Shown: positions 21,908 through 34,119 of the stretch, piece after piece
How positions within the stretch are numbered: the stretch's first letter is position 1
Layout: each line of letters opens with the position of its first letter
Assembly (NCBI RefSeq): GCF_004010195.1
Contig: NC_057718.1
Span: 82,789,122 to 82,825,703 of the forward strand
Reading direction: 5' to 3'
DNA length: 36,582 nt
Origin: Chiloscyllium plagiosum
Taxonomy: Eukaryota
Translations under genes and position numbers: made by a program
Notes under the pieces: generated by a model
Databases searched by the model: none
What the model was told of the DNA's origin: nothing
The model's input: only the letters and a program-made list of their open reading frames with translations

Positions 21908-23164
21908 TACAGTTGTACCAAGACATCCTGAATTTTATCATTCAATCCCCCTTGAAATAAAGGCAAACAATTTATTTCTCTTCCTAATCACTTGCTGTAT
22001 GATTCATATAAAATAGATGTATAGTTCATGTATGTTGTTCTATCTACGAGATATAACAGGAATGCAGCCTCAGCACTTTAAAGAGGTCAGATGGAATAAC
22101 CTGCTGCATCTCTTTTTATGGACAAATCAATTCTGGAAAAGAAAAATCTGCAGTAAGTGACATCAGTGATGTTTTCCCTTGCCAAAGGTGAAGGTTTATC
22201 TCTGCTGACATCCTGTTCAATAGGCTGGCATTCTGCTTCTGAAACCACATGCCGTGGTGAGATGAGCTCTTGCAGAAAGCAGAGTGTTACTATTTGCATT
22301 GGCTGGCACTTTTCCTAAGGACATCCATGCCTCATTTGACAGGATCTTTGAATAGGAGTGTAAGCAATTTATGGACAAGGAAACCCAGATCTCTCTTTAT
22401 CTTGGTAATATACAGTCTAATTGAAATACATTTTGTCAAAAGTGGACAATCTTACATTTTTCCAAATTATACATAATTTGCAAATGTTTTGCCTATGTGG
22501 TTAATCTCCCTATATCCCTTTGCAGACTCGGAATTCTCTTCACAACTTGATTTCTTACTCTCTTTGTATCACTGCCAATTATCATTTTAATGTATTCTGT
22601 CCCTTTATCCAATACTCATTAATATAAATCCTAAATTGTTGCAGACTCACCATTGATCGTTGTGGCCCTTTACTAGTTAACATTTGTCAACCTGAAAATG
22701 ACTGCATCATCCCAACTGTATCCTGTTTGCTAGCCAATCCTTTATCCTTTCCAATATATGACCTTAACATCAGGAATTCTTAACTTATGCACCAACTTGT
22801 TGCATCTTACTGAATGGCTTTTGGAAATCCAAAAAAGACTTTATCCATTGGTTCTCTTATATCTACATTGCTCATTAAATTCCCAAAAATTCTAATACAT
22901 TTATTAACCAAATGGTTTTCTTTTAAACAATCCACGCCTCATCTACATACTAAATGGCTAATGCACTTAAGAGCAATCTAAGCCACATAACATTAATCGT
23001 AGGGAATTCAGTGATGATAATGCTATTTTTAAAAAAACTATCAACCTCTACTTCTAATCAATCTGTTCAGAAGTACTATTGTACAGCACTGGAGCAGGTG
23101 GGACTTGAACCCACGTCCCTCCCACTACTGCTGCACCACAACAGGGCCAACAATCATGCTAGGA

Positions 23165-23660
23165 GCAAATAGGGACTGCAGATGATGGAGATTAGAATCG
23201 AGAGTGGGGTGCTGGAAAAGCACAGCAGGTCAGGCAGCATCCGGGGAGCAGGAGAATCGACGTTTCAGGCAAAAGCCCTTCATCAGAAATTCCATCAGTA
23301 CCACACTCTCGACTCTGATCTCCAGCATCTGTAGTCCCTACTTCTCCTAGTTGATTTTAACTCTCAATGATAATACTGTTTAATATCAAGAGGGAATGGC
23401 TACATTGCCCATCTTATGATCACAGCTGATGGCAATACTGGACAAGTCTGATCCCAGAGTGAAGCTGGCTTAATAGAACACAAGGTAAAAATAATGACTG
23501 CAGAGGCTGGAAACCAGATTCTGGATCAATGATGCTGGAAGAGCACAGCAGTTCGGGCAGCATCCAAGGTGCAGCGAAATCGACGTTTCGGGCAAAAGCC
23601 CTTCATCAGGAATAAAGACAGTGAGCCTGAAGCGTGGAGAGATAAGCTAGAGGAGGCTAA
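23165..23660 (-). mobile_element. Two Penelope-type terminal repeats with hammerhead cores (23255-23290, 23578-23613)
   Basis: Reverse complements CTGATGAagggcttttgcctGAAACGTC and CTGATGAagggcttttgcccGAAACGTC. Confidence 0.8.
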
Positions 23661-24432
23661 TAGAACGCATATCATATTTTTGAACTTTGTTTATATTTGT
23701 GATCAGACGCATGCTTTTTGTTTACATGAGTTAGCCAATGTACTTTTAATAAAATAATATAAAAGATTTTTAACACAACTGAATTTTAAAGAAAATATGT
23801 AAGAAAATTTAAAAAGATCTTAAACAGAAAAAAAACCTAACTCAGACCTCTGCTTTGACAATAACCTTTACAGATACTCAACTCCAGTGAAGTATCATTC
23901 CTTTCTTAAGTTTTTAATTTCTTACTTAACTCACAAAATTGCATGCTTTACCCTTCGGACTTTGTACACATTCACCAGATATGACTCCCTTTATCTCTCC
24001 TAGAGCTGCAAATGTACAGATACCCACTGATGTCTCTCATAACCTTAGGGGAATCTCAAGGGTTTTCCCAACTGTACTCCTTGAATAGCTAAATAAACTA
24101 AAGATTTCTTTCCAGCCTGAACTACTACCCTCCTGCTGGTATATCATTTTGTTCTGAACTCAACCTGCTAATGGTCCCTAACCATATGTTTCTTTGTACG
24201 TCATAAAATGTTCAATTTTGTAAACATTTTCATCAATTAATTCCCCATATATTTTATCTAGCCATTCAGTTTGAGAAACATCTTTTCTTAGAAATGATGT
24301 TTGGACTCTGTTAAAAAACAACTCTCTGACCTCTTGTTAAAAAAAAGTCCTCTTCACAGAATTAAAACTAAAAACCCATTGCCTCTACTTTAGAATCCAA
24401 ATTCCTGAGCTGGAACAACATATTTTATGCTT

Positions 24433-24760
24433 TACTACACCTGGCAATTGTATAATGCAAATTACCCTTGCCATTGGTCAGTACAAACCTGAAGTGTATC
24501 CAGGTACTGCATATTTGGGCACAGACTGCTTTACTATCTAAGTAAGAGGTAGCTGAACAGTTGCTTCAGAGATTCTTGGTCTAGTAGGCTGACTTAGGTT
24601 GAGAGAGACCCACCCTCCCATCCTGGCACTTTCCCCTGTACTACACCTGGCAATTGTATAATGCAAATTACCCTTGCCATTGGTCAGTACAAACCTGAAG
24701 TGTATCCAGGTACTGCATATTTGGGCATAGACTGCTTTACTATCTAAGTAAGAGGTAGCT
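24433..24760 (+). repeat. 122-bp direct duplication (24433-24554, 24639-24760)
   Basis: Copies differ at one visible position (cacag/catag). Confidence 0.95.
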
Positions 24761-24997
24761 TACGCAGAGAGTGGTGCATGTATGGAATGAGCTGCCAGAG
24801 GAGGTGGTGGAGGCTGGTACAATTGCAACATTTAAAAGGCATTTAGATGGGTACATGAATAGTTAGGTTTTAGAGGGCTATGAGCCAAATGCTGGCAAAT
24901 GGGACTAGATTATTTTAGGATATTTGATCGGCATGGTCAAGTTGGGCCGAAGGCTCTGTTTCCATGCTGTACATCTCTATGACTCTCTGACTCTAAG
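24761..24997 (+). mobile_element. 5'-truncated CR1 3' end
   Basis: acgcagagagtggtg...tggaatgagctgccagagg; tatgactc-type tail. Confidence 0.9.
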
Positions 24998-25469
24998 TTG
25001 TGATTGGTAGTGAACAATATAGAATCACAACCAAACATCTTCACAGCTGATCCTCTAATGGAATGTCGTTGATGAAGCAATTGAAATTGATTAGGCCTTG
25101 GACATTATGCAAAGGAAGCTCTGCAGTGATACTCCAGGTCTGAGGTGATTAGACTCCCATATTCAACCATCTCCCTTTGTGTGAACTATACTATCAAGTT
25201 GGAGCTTCCTCCCTGATTCCTATTAATTTCAATTTTATTAAAGCTTCTGATCCCACAATTAATCAAATGCTGTCTTGATGTTAAAGGTACCTACTCTTAT
25301 CTCACTCTTTGAAAGTCAATACTATTGTCCATTTTTGGACAATGGCTATCGCTTCTATGTACTGTTATGATGATAGATCAGAACCTTCACATATTTATGA
25401 GCATTTATTTCTCTTAATTCCAAATTACATTGTGTTTAAAAGGGAGGTTTTAGATTTAATTTCAGAGAC

Positions 25470-27390
25470 TGCCGAGCAACCTACTAGAGAAGGTGCAAAC
25501 CTTACCCTACTCTTGGGAAATAAGGCAGGGCAGGTGACTGAGGTGTCAGTGGGGGAGCACTTTGGGGCCAGAGACTTCTATTCGATTAGATTTAAAATAA
25601 TGATGGAAAAGGATAGACCAGATCTAAAAGTTGAAGTTCTAAATTGGAGAACGGCAAATATTGACAGTGTTATGCAAGAACTTTCGAAAGCTGATGTTCG
25701 CAGGTAAAGAGACGGCTGGAAAGTGGGAAGCCTTCAGAAGTGAGATAACGAGAATCCAGAGAAAGTATATTCCTGTCAGGGTGAAAGGGAAGGCTGGTAG
25801 TATAGGGAATGCTGGATGACTAAAGAAATTGAGAGTTTGGTTAAGAAAAAGAAGGAAGCATATATAAGGTATAGACAGGATAGATCGAGTGAATCCTTAG
25901 AAGAGTAGAAAGGAAATAGGAGTATACTTAAAAGGGAAATCAGGAGGGCAAAATGGGGACATGAGTATTTTGCCTCAGTATTTACTGTGGAAGATATAGA
26001 CTGTAGGGAAATAGATGGTGACATCTTGCAAAATGTCCAGATTACAGAGGAGGAAGTGCTGGATGTCTTGAAATGGGTAAAGGTGGATAATTCCCCAGGA
26101 CCTGATCAGGTGTACCCCAGAACTCNNNNNNNNNNNNNNNNNNNNNNNNNNNNNNNNNNNNNNNNNNNNNNNNNNNNNNNNNNNNNNNNNNNNNNNNNNN
26201 NNNNNNNNNNNNNNNNNNNNNNNNNNNNNNNNNNNNNNNNNNNNNNNNNNNNNNNNNNNNNNNNNNNNNNNNNNNNNNNNNNNNNNNNNNNNNNNNNNNN
26301 NNNNNNNNNNNNNNNNNNNNNNNNNNNNNNNNNNNNNNNNNNNNNNNNNNNNNNNNNNNNNNNNNNNNNNNNNNNNNNNNNNNNNNNNNNNNNNNNNNNN
26401 NNNNNNNNNNNNNNNNNNNNNNNNNNNNNNNNNNNNNNNNNNNNNNNNNNNNNNNNNNNNNNNNNNNNNNNNNNNNNNNNNNNNNNNNNNNNNNNNNNNN
26501 NNNNNNNNNNNNNNNNNNNNNNNNNNNNNNNNNNNNNNNNNNNNNNNNNNNNNNNNNNNNNNNNNNNNNNNNNNNNNNNNNNNNNNNNNNNNNNNNNNNN
26601 NNNNNNNNNNNNNNNNNNNNNNNNNNNNNNNNNNNNNNNNNNNNNNNNNNNNNNNNNNNNNNNNNNNNNNNNNNNNNNNNNNNNNNNNNNNNNNNNNNNN
26701 NNNNTTTAATTTAGATAAATGCGAGGTGCTGCATTTTGGGAAAGCAAATCTTAGCAGGACTTATACACTTAATGGTAAGGTCCAAGGGAGTGTTGCTGAA
26801 CAAAGAGACCTGGGACTGCAGATTCATAGCTCCTTGAAAGTGGAATCACAGGTCGATAGGATAGTGAAGAAGGCGTTTGGTATGCTTTCCTTTATTGGTC
26901 AGAGTATTGAGTACAGGAGTTGGGAGGTCATGTTGCAGCTGTACAGGACATTGGTTAGGCCACTGTTGGAATATTGCATGCAATTCTAGTTTCCTTCCTA
27001 TCAGAAAGAATTTGTGAAACTTGAAAGGGTTCATAAAAGATTAACAAGGATGTTGCCAGGGTTGGAGTATTTGAGCTATAGGGAGAGGCTGAACAGGCTG
27101 AGTGTTTTCCCTGGAGTGTCAGAGGCTGGGGGGTGACCTTATAGAGGTTTACAAAATTATGAGGGGCATGGATAGGATAAATTGACAAAGTAGGAGAGTC
27201 CAGAACTAGAGGGCATAGGTTTAGGGTGAGAGGGTGGTACATGTTTGGAATGAGCTGCCAGAGCAAGTGGTGAAGGCTGATACAATTGCAACATTTAAAA
27301 GGCATCAGGATGGGTATATGAGTAGGAAGGGTTTGGAGGGATATGGGCTGGGTGCTGGCAGTTGGGACTATATTGGGTTGGGCTATCTGG
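25470..27390 (+). mobile_element. CR1 LINE ORF2 remnant spanning a gap
   Basis: EQPTREGANLTLLLGNKAGQV (end of APE domain), DNSPGPDQVYPR, LHFGKAN, RPLLEYCMQF, VWNELPE; stops and deletions. Confidence 0.92.
26126..26704. other. Assembly gap (579 N)
   Basis: N run. Confidence 1.
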
Positions 27391-28249
27391 TCTCTCAGCT
27401 ACCTTTGTCAATCTGATTCCTCCAATCTATATAATGATTAAAATCATTCATATTTTTTCACAAACCTCTATTATTTGATCCTGTATACCCCACTCTACAG
27501 TATGGTTGCTGTTAGAGGGCCTAGAAACCATTCCTATCTCTACTATTTCTCATTTCTACTCAAACTGACACTACAGCCTGATTCCCAGAACTAAAATCTT
27601 CTCTCTCCATGGGTTCAAAACCATTCTTGATTAACAAAGTTACCCCTCCACCATATCTAACTTCCCACATTTCCCTAATGACATGTATCTTTTAATATTC
27701 TGGTCCCAGACTTGACCATCTTGTAGACATACATATTTCTGTAATGGTTATCAGATTATGTATATTTATTTTTAATTGTGTTTTTGTTTCATGTATTTTG
27801 TTATGAATGTTTTACGTGTTGTACATAGTTTGGTCTTTTTTCTATTTTTGTGATCCCTAACACTCTTTATTGCATTCTGTACCTTCCCATCACGTTCTAA
27901 GTGCTATTTTCGTTATTGCTGCCCTGCTTCCTTAGCTTATCTTTACCATTTAATTTTTAATGTCTTCACCAACTTGGTCCCTTGTTTTAATTTACTGGTA
28001 TTGGTACAAGATGCTGGGTGAAGTTTGTCAATTTTTTATCATTCTATATCAGATATCCCAAACTGTTCAGCTGTTGGTTGGTTGCAACAAAGTTAATTCA
28101 GAAAGGATCCCTTCCTTTCTGATACTTTTCTCCCAGATACAAATTAACTTAGATTTTAAAAGGAGCTAATCTAACCTTTTTTTTTTGAATTGATGAAAAA
28201 AAAGTGAGTTTATTAATTGCTACACACACAAGAAGCCAATGCTGCAACA

Positions 28250-28582
28250 CAGCGCAGCACAATGGATCAGTGATCAGTACTGCTGCCTCACAGTGTCAGG
28301 GGCCTGGGTTCAATCCTGCCTTGGGTGACTGTGCCTGTGGAGTTCATGCATTCGCCCTGTGTTTGCATGGTTTTCCTCTAGGTACTCTGTTTTCCTCCCA
28401 CCTTCCAAAGATGTGCAGATTAGGGGAATGGGCCATGCTAAATTCCCCAAAGTGTTAGGTGCATTAGTCAGGGGTAAATATAGGGTAAGGCAATTGGTCT
28501 AGGTGGGTTACTCTTTGGAGGTTTGGTGTGGACCCGTTGGGCCAAATAGTCTGTTTTCACACTGTAGGTAATCTAATCTAAT
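28250..28582 (+). mobile_element. HE1-type SINE; internally deleted copy at about 28637-28775
   Basis: Same consensus as 4052-4360; (aatct)n tail. Confidence 0.82.
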
Positions 28583-29288
28583 GTGTACAGAGTAGAAATA
28601 ACGTTCAAAAATATAACCAAATTCAAAAAAGCTATGTACGGTGGCTCATTCGTTAGCATGACTACCTCATAGTGCTAAGGACTCAGGTTCAATTCGAGCC
28701 TTGCTTGGGGTTGTGATGCTCTTTGGAGGATCAGTGCAGACTTGATGGATCTCTCCTTATAATGTAGGGATTCGATTGCCGGTCTTTCAATTGTTTATGG
28801 AGAGTGAACACTTGAATAGTTTAACTGTTGTAGTGAAGGTTACTTTAATGTGGCTTTGAGTTTGATAGCTGAACAGTTGCTTCAGAGATTCTTGGTCTAG
28901 TAGGCTGACTTAGGTTGAGAGAGAGTCTTCTGATGCCTTGTTTCCATGTAACTGGTTTGCAGCACTTGGAATCAGAGACTGTTTTTACCTGCAACACAGG
29001 GGTAACTAGGGAACAGCTCTTTAACTGTAATCTTTATATCAAGCTAACACTCAAACCCAAGTTATATTAATGGTTGGGCAGTCCCACTAGTCCACTCCAG
29101 TAAAATTGAAACTAGCTATTTAAATCCAGTCCTTGAGGGTGAAACAACATGCCTGTAAGAGTTGGCTTTCTGTCAAGAGGGGAGAGATTGTCATCTCCCT
29201 TCAGTATCTCTTCTTGTTAAATCTCTCCCTGTTTGAAGTTTCCCTGATAATTTGGATGCAATATTCCAATAGCTTCACACAAGAATTT

Positions 29289-29436
29289 AGAATCATAGAG
29301 TCATAGAGATGTACAGTACGGAAACAGACCCTTCGGTCCAACCTGTCCACGCCGACCAGGTATCCCAACCCAAACTAGTCCCACCTGCCAGCACCCCGCC
29401 CATATCCCTCCAAACCCTTCCTATTCATATACCCAC
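29289..29436 (-). mobile_element. Short young CR1 3' end
   Basis: Near-identical to 14587-14730. Confidence 0.9.
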
Positions 29437-29590
29437 ATATTACAAAACTGGTGATGCACAATGAGATAGAATTAAGTAATTATCTCATAGCAAAGGCACC
29501 CCTAGAGGTAGTGATCATAACTGAATTTCACATTTATTTTAAGAGAAAGAAGAGTGGATCTATCTATATTTATATTTATATTTGAGTTGA

Positions 29591-30108
29591 TGTTGTCATT
29601 TTAAAAGGTTATTTTGGCCTTGGTTTTATTTTGAAGAGAGGTTGTAAAGGTAGAGGTGCAGAAGAGTCTAGGGAACAGCAGTTTAACGATGAAAGGGGAG
29701 TGGACAGTTCTCCCAATTCAGGTCTTTTTCTAGCTTCTTTTTGGCTGTAGCAGTCACAAGATGTGCTAGTACCAGAATGGTTGCAAGTTTCAGTAAAGAA
29801 TTCCTGACCGACTTTTTCTGAAACCTCTCTCTCTCTGTTGTTCCCTTCTGCCGGTAAGAATCTCTGTTCAAATTTACCTTTTTGCCAAGGGATACGTTTA
29901 TGGGATATTACTGTATTGAAACAGTTAATTAGTTAAGTTGTTATACTGGGTGAGTTAAGTTTTCCAATTACTAAGTTATTTCATTTCTTTTTGTTCATGT
30001 TTCAACTATGTTGTTTAAATAAATTGTGTTTCTCTCAAAACTTTTAAAATAAGAAAACGTTAGGGTCTAGGCTACCTTCTTTTGAAGGGGTCTGGCCTGG
30101 TCCATAAT
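29591..30108 (+). mobile_element. Candidate solo LTR inserted in an old CR1-like remnant
   Basis: About 520 bp, begins TGT, internal AATAAA (30018-30023), ends ccataata (CA>TA?); flanks resemble a decayed LINE; no clear TSD. Confidence 0.4.
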
Positions 30109-31408
30109 ATATTTAAACAAAGGCAATTGTGAGACTGTAAAAGCAGAGCTGGCTCGTGTGTATTGGCTTCATTGGGATAATAAGGCTTATGTCAGTACAG
30201 AGGTGGATATTTCAGGCGATAGTTTGGAATGGTCAGATAATATACATTCAATTGGAAAATAAACATTTTTCCAGGAAAGACACACTATCTTTAGCTACCT
30301 GAGGAAGAGAAAGACATTGTCAAACTGAAAGTAAAAGTTAATACCTCTGCAAAGAAGAGTGTTTGGTCAAAAAATTAGACAGAATATAAAGAACAGCAAA
30401 GAATGAGGAAAAGATTTATCAAATTAAAGTATGAGAGAAAGCTAGCTAGATATATAGAAAGACATATGAGGGACACAATCTCAAAAGACCTTGCACAATA
30501 TGGATCATGGTGAGATGGCTAGGTGAGAAGTCAAGCATGGTTTATATTGACATCGAGAGCAATTAGTTGCATTTTCCAACAGATTTCCAAATATCAAAAG
30601 GAGACTTTTGCTAGGGAGCAGTAACAGAGGCAATAACAAGAGTTATTGCTGGTTATCACCCTCATTAACTGAAAATTCCACCTCATTAATACAAAACTTC
30701 CTCTTGTGCCACAGGATGGTTAGAAACTAGATGCCAAGGACTCTTAACATTGAAGTATGAATACGTACCTGGCAACTCAGCATTTGCTCCTCCAGGTCAC
30801 CATCTTAGGCACTCTGCACAAACATCTTAGCTGCGTGCACCGTGTGTTTACAGACACTGGTATCTGACACACACCAGTCTTACTGCATCATCATGGCACA
30901 TCTCTGCTCCACTTACAGTATGAATTCCACTCTGTAATGCTGCACTGTAGGGTGCACTGGCATCTCTCACTGGAATATTGCTACAATGGCACTGTCCACT
31001 CAGGGACAAGCTCACAGAATGTACCAGGCTGCATTTCAGGGCTCCTTGTTGCACACTCATCTAGTGCCTATCCAGATGCTCACAATATCCCAGCCTAGCC
31101 TTGCCTTTTTGCATTTGGCTTCTCAGCCACAGTGAAAAGCTTCACACTTCTGCTACCTTGCCTTGCTGCTCGTTGCAGACACAAAGCTAGGCAGCTGGTC
31201 ATGCTAGTCTACAGTCATCAACCAAGGGGGTCGGCATCTTGCTGCATGGCACATAGCTGCCTCAATTCCACCAGGTGCCAGCAGCATGCCCAGTAACCAA
31301 CGCTGCATGTGTTTCAAGCAAATGACCATGTCTCAAAGTCTAAAGGGTTGGTTCTTAGTAATGTCAGTGAGACACCCATTAGTCAGGGGACCCTGGTACA
31401 CCAGGAGG

Positions 31409-31760
31409 GGAGGTGATGGCTTAGTGATATTATTGGCAGACTATTAATCCAGAGAGGCTGATAATGTTCTGGAGACACAGGTTCTAACCCTGCCATGACA
31501 AATGGTAGAGCTTGAATGCAATGAATTTTTTTAAAATTGGAATGAAGAGTCTAATGATGACATGGGGAAAGCATTAGCAATTGTTGAGAAAACTCTCTCT
31601 AATGCCCTATAGGGAAGGAAACTGCTGTCCTTACCTGGTCTGGCCTGACCCACAGCAATATGCTTGATTCTTGATTACCATCTGTGTAATTAGGGCGAGC
31701 AATAAATGCTGACCTAGCCAGCGCTGCCCATATTCTGTGAATGTATACGTTTAAAAAAAA
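31409..31760 (+). mobile_element. tRNA-derived SINE of a second family
   Basis: A box TGGCTTAGTGA, B-box-like GGTTCTAACCC, 3' tail shared with the LINE remnant at 9575-9640, A-rich end. Confidence 0.65.
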
Positions 31761-32200
31761 CAGGAGCAGCTTTTGACATCAGCCCAGGAACATGGACACA
31801 GTCATTTGGCTGCTCTGGGCATTCGGTGTTTGATCCTCCCCGCAAATTGGGCGAAAAGCTGAAGGTTGAGCAGCCCACCATCATTAATTGTTCTGACGTC
31901 GTTGTTATCTCGTGCACACAAAGAATGGTAAAGGTGAAGTGAGATGAAAAGAGGATGGCACAGCTGTTGGTGCTAGTACATGTGGGGGGAAAGGTGGCAT
32001 GCTGTCCTGAATGAATGAGTGGGCAGCGCGGAGGGCATCCTGGGTTAATGGTAATGGGGAATTGGCAGGTGAGAGCAAGTGGAAGAAGTTGTCGCATGCA
32101 ACAATGAGTGTGGCAGAGCGTGAGCCATGGCATAAGCGGCAGTTGCAGTGGCAGAGACTGAGCTCAGGTGAGGTAGCAGGAAGAAGATGGTGGCACTTAC

Positions 32201-32390
32201 CTTGACAGAGTGGAGGAGGATGTTGACCTTCTTCCTGTATTGCTGGGCATTCTTCAAGATGCTTGAAATTGCACTGACCCAATGGCAACCCCAGACCAGG
32301 CTGCCAGGGCAGAGTGCTGTAACCTCCTTTTGCCAGTCCTGCGGGAACAGGATATCCTTTCTCTGCACCGCCCATCCACCAGGAGCATTC
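32201..32390 (-). pseudogene. Myb/SANT-like DNA-binding exon of a PIF/Harbinger transposon (frameshifted)
   Basis: Joined frames give LLVDG/AVQRKDILFPQD/GKRRLQHSALAAWSGVA/WVSAISSILKNAQQYRKKVNILLHSVK, then an AAG|gtaagt donor. Confidence 0.7.
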
Positions 32391-33859
32391 TCCCCACCCC
32401 ACCCCACCCTACCACATTCCTGTCTGTACTAATTATCCCAAATGTCTTCCATGTCAAGGGCAAGTGTCATAAACAATGCATGTCTCAGCTTTGGGCTGGC
32501 AGCACTCATCCAGATGCACCAATAGTCTATTAAAAAAGATACAGGCAGCAGAAAAACCCGAAAACCCCCTGAAGTTGCAAATACCTCCAGCTATGACCAA
32601 TGGGACTAGCATTAATAACACTAGCACCAAAGGGGCAGGGTTGTTGTTAAAGAAACAGGTTTGGGATCATAGTGCAAGTAAGTTCACTAAGGCCTCCCAG
32701 AGAGAGACAGAGAACCCTTCCTTGACATTTTAAACCTGACTGAAACAACTGAAAGTTCTTGTTCCTAACTGCTCCACAAAAGAAACTCAAAGATCTGTCT
32801 CAATATCATTTTCTTCAGCTGTGCTTGAGCTATAAAGTTTGAACTGATGAAGAGCCGACTGAAATCTTGAAGCACAGAATCTTATCGGGGTTTGATCAAC
32901 ATGGTGTCTGGTGACAGAACCAGACAAGAAATCTGCTGAGGCCTATCTCAACATCGTGAGTAGCTCATCACATCTGATAGGCTTTTGGCGAGATGACTTT
33001 CTTGCTAGGTGGTGGAGAGTTGCCAATTTAAGTGAGATTAATGCCTGTTAAACACCTTCTTAATGCCACAAATCCCCTCATTAATGTTCACCTTCCGATG
33101 TTTTACCAAATGGGCAGAATAAGCGCAGGCACAATTATTGTTTTAACTAAAACAAAATAGATGGCAGTCATTTACTGGCTCATTTCTCAGAGCAAGGCCC
33201 TAACCAATCACAGTCAATCTGCCTGGTTTAAAATTGATCAAAGTCTGGCTGTTAACTGTCAATCACCATGAATGGGTACATTCTCCATGGCAACACTTCC
33301 ATCAATCAGAGTTGACTTGCCAACCATTCAACATTTTCCCCTGACGCAGTATAAATGTTGGTTCTCACTTTGAATATTTGTTCTTACAAAATATCCTACA
33401 AGATAAAAACTTTGACAAAACGTGTCTTTTTCAGGAATTCTCAAGTTTTGCACTACCAAAGGAATATTTAAAAGGTATTAAGGAAAATCACAGTGGAACA
33501 TAATACATAGAGAAAACTTCATTGATCTTCTATTCTCTGCAGTTTTCAAATTTAACTGTTTTGCCCATGAGCTATATACTTGATGTGGAATATATGTTGT
33601 AAGTATTAAAGTTATTACAATCATATTGATGCATATAAGAGAGGAACATGCTGTAATGGAGACAAGTTCAATTTTATTGCAAATTTTGGAAAATTCAAGT
33701 CACACTAAGCAGATGGACACTTCCATTATGAACAAAGTATATAAAGAAAGAAAGAAAAAAAGAAAAAAATTGATTGAAGCCATCCTCTACTGTTTGAGAG
33801 TCCCAATTACAGTGGGCATTTGTGGCACCCGTAAATGTTATTCCATTCTATGCACTGCA

Positions 33860-34113
33860 TTTGACCCAGATTCAATTCTACCCTCAGGCAACTGTCTGTG
33901 TAGAATTTGCATATGCTCTCCTTACCTCTGTGCGTTTCCTCTGGGTGCTCCACTTTCCTCCCACAGTCCAAAGATGTGCAGGTTGGGTGGATTGGCCATG
34001 GGGAATGCGGGGTTACAGAGATAGGGTAAGTGGTGAGTCTGGGTGGAATGCTCTTTGGTGGGTTGGTATGGACTGAATTGGCCTGCTCCCACACTGTAGG
34101 GATTCTATGATTC
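33860..34113 (+). mobile_element. HE1-type SINE, 5' truncated
   Basis: ccacagtccaaagatgtgcaggtt; gattctat tail. Confidence 0.82.
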
Positions 34114-34119
34114 TTTGAT

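Noticed and set aside
23090..23120. tRNA-like B box on minus (GGTTCAAGTCC)
   Set aside because: No cloverleaf; most likely a SINE scrap
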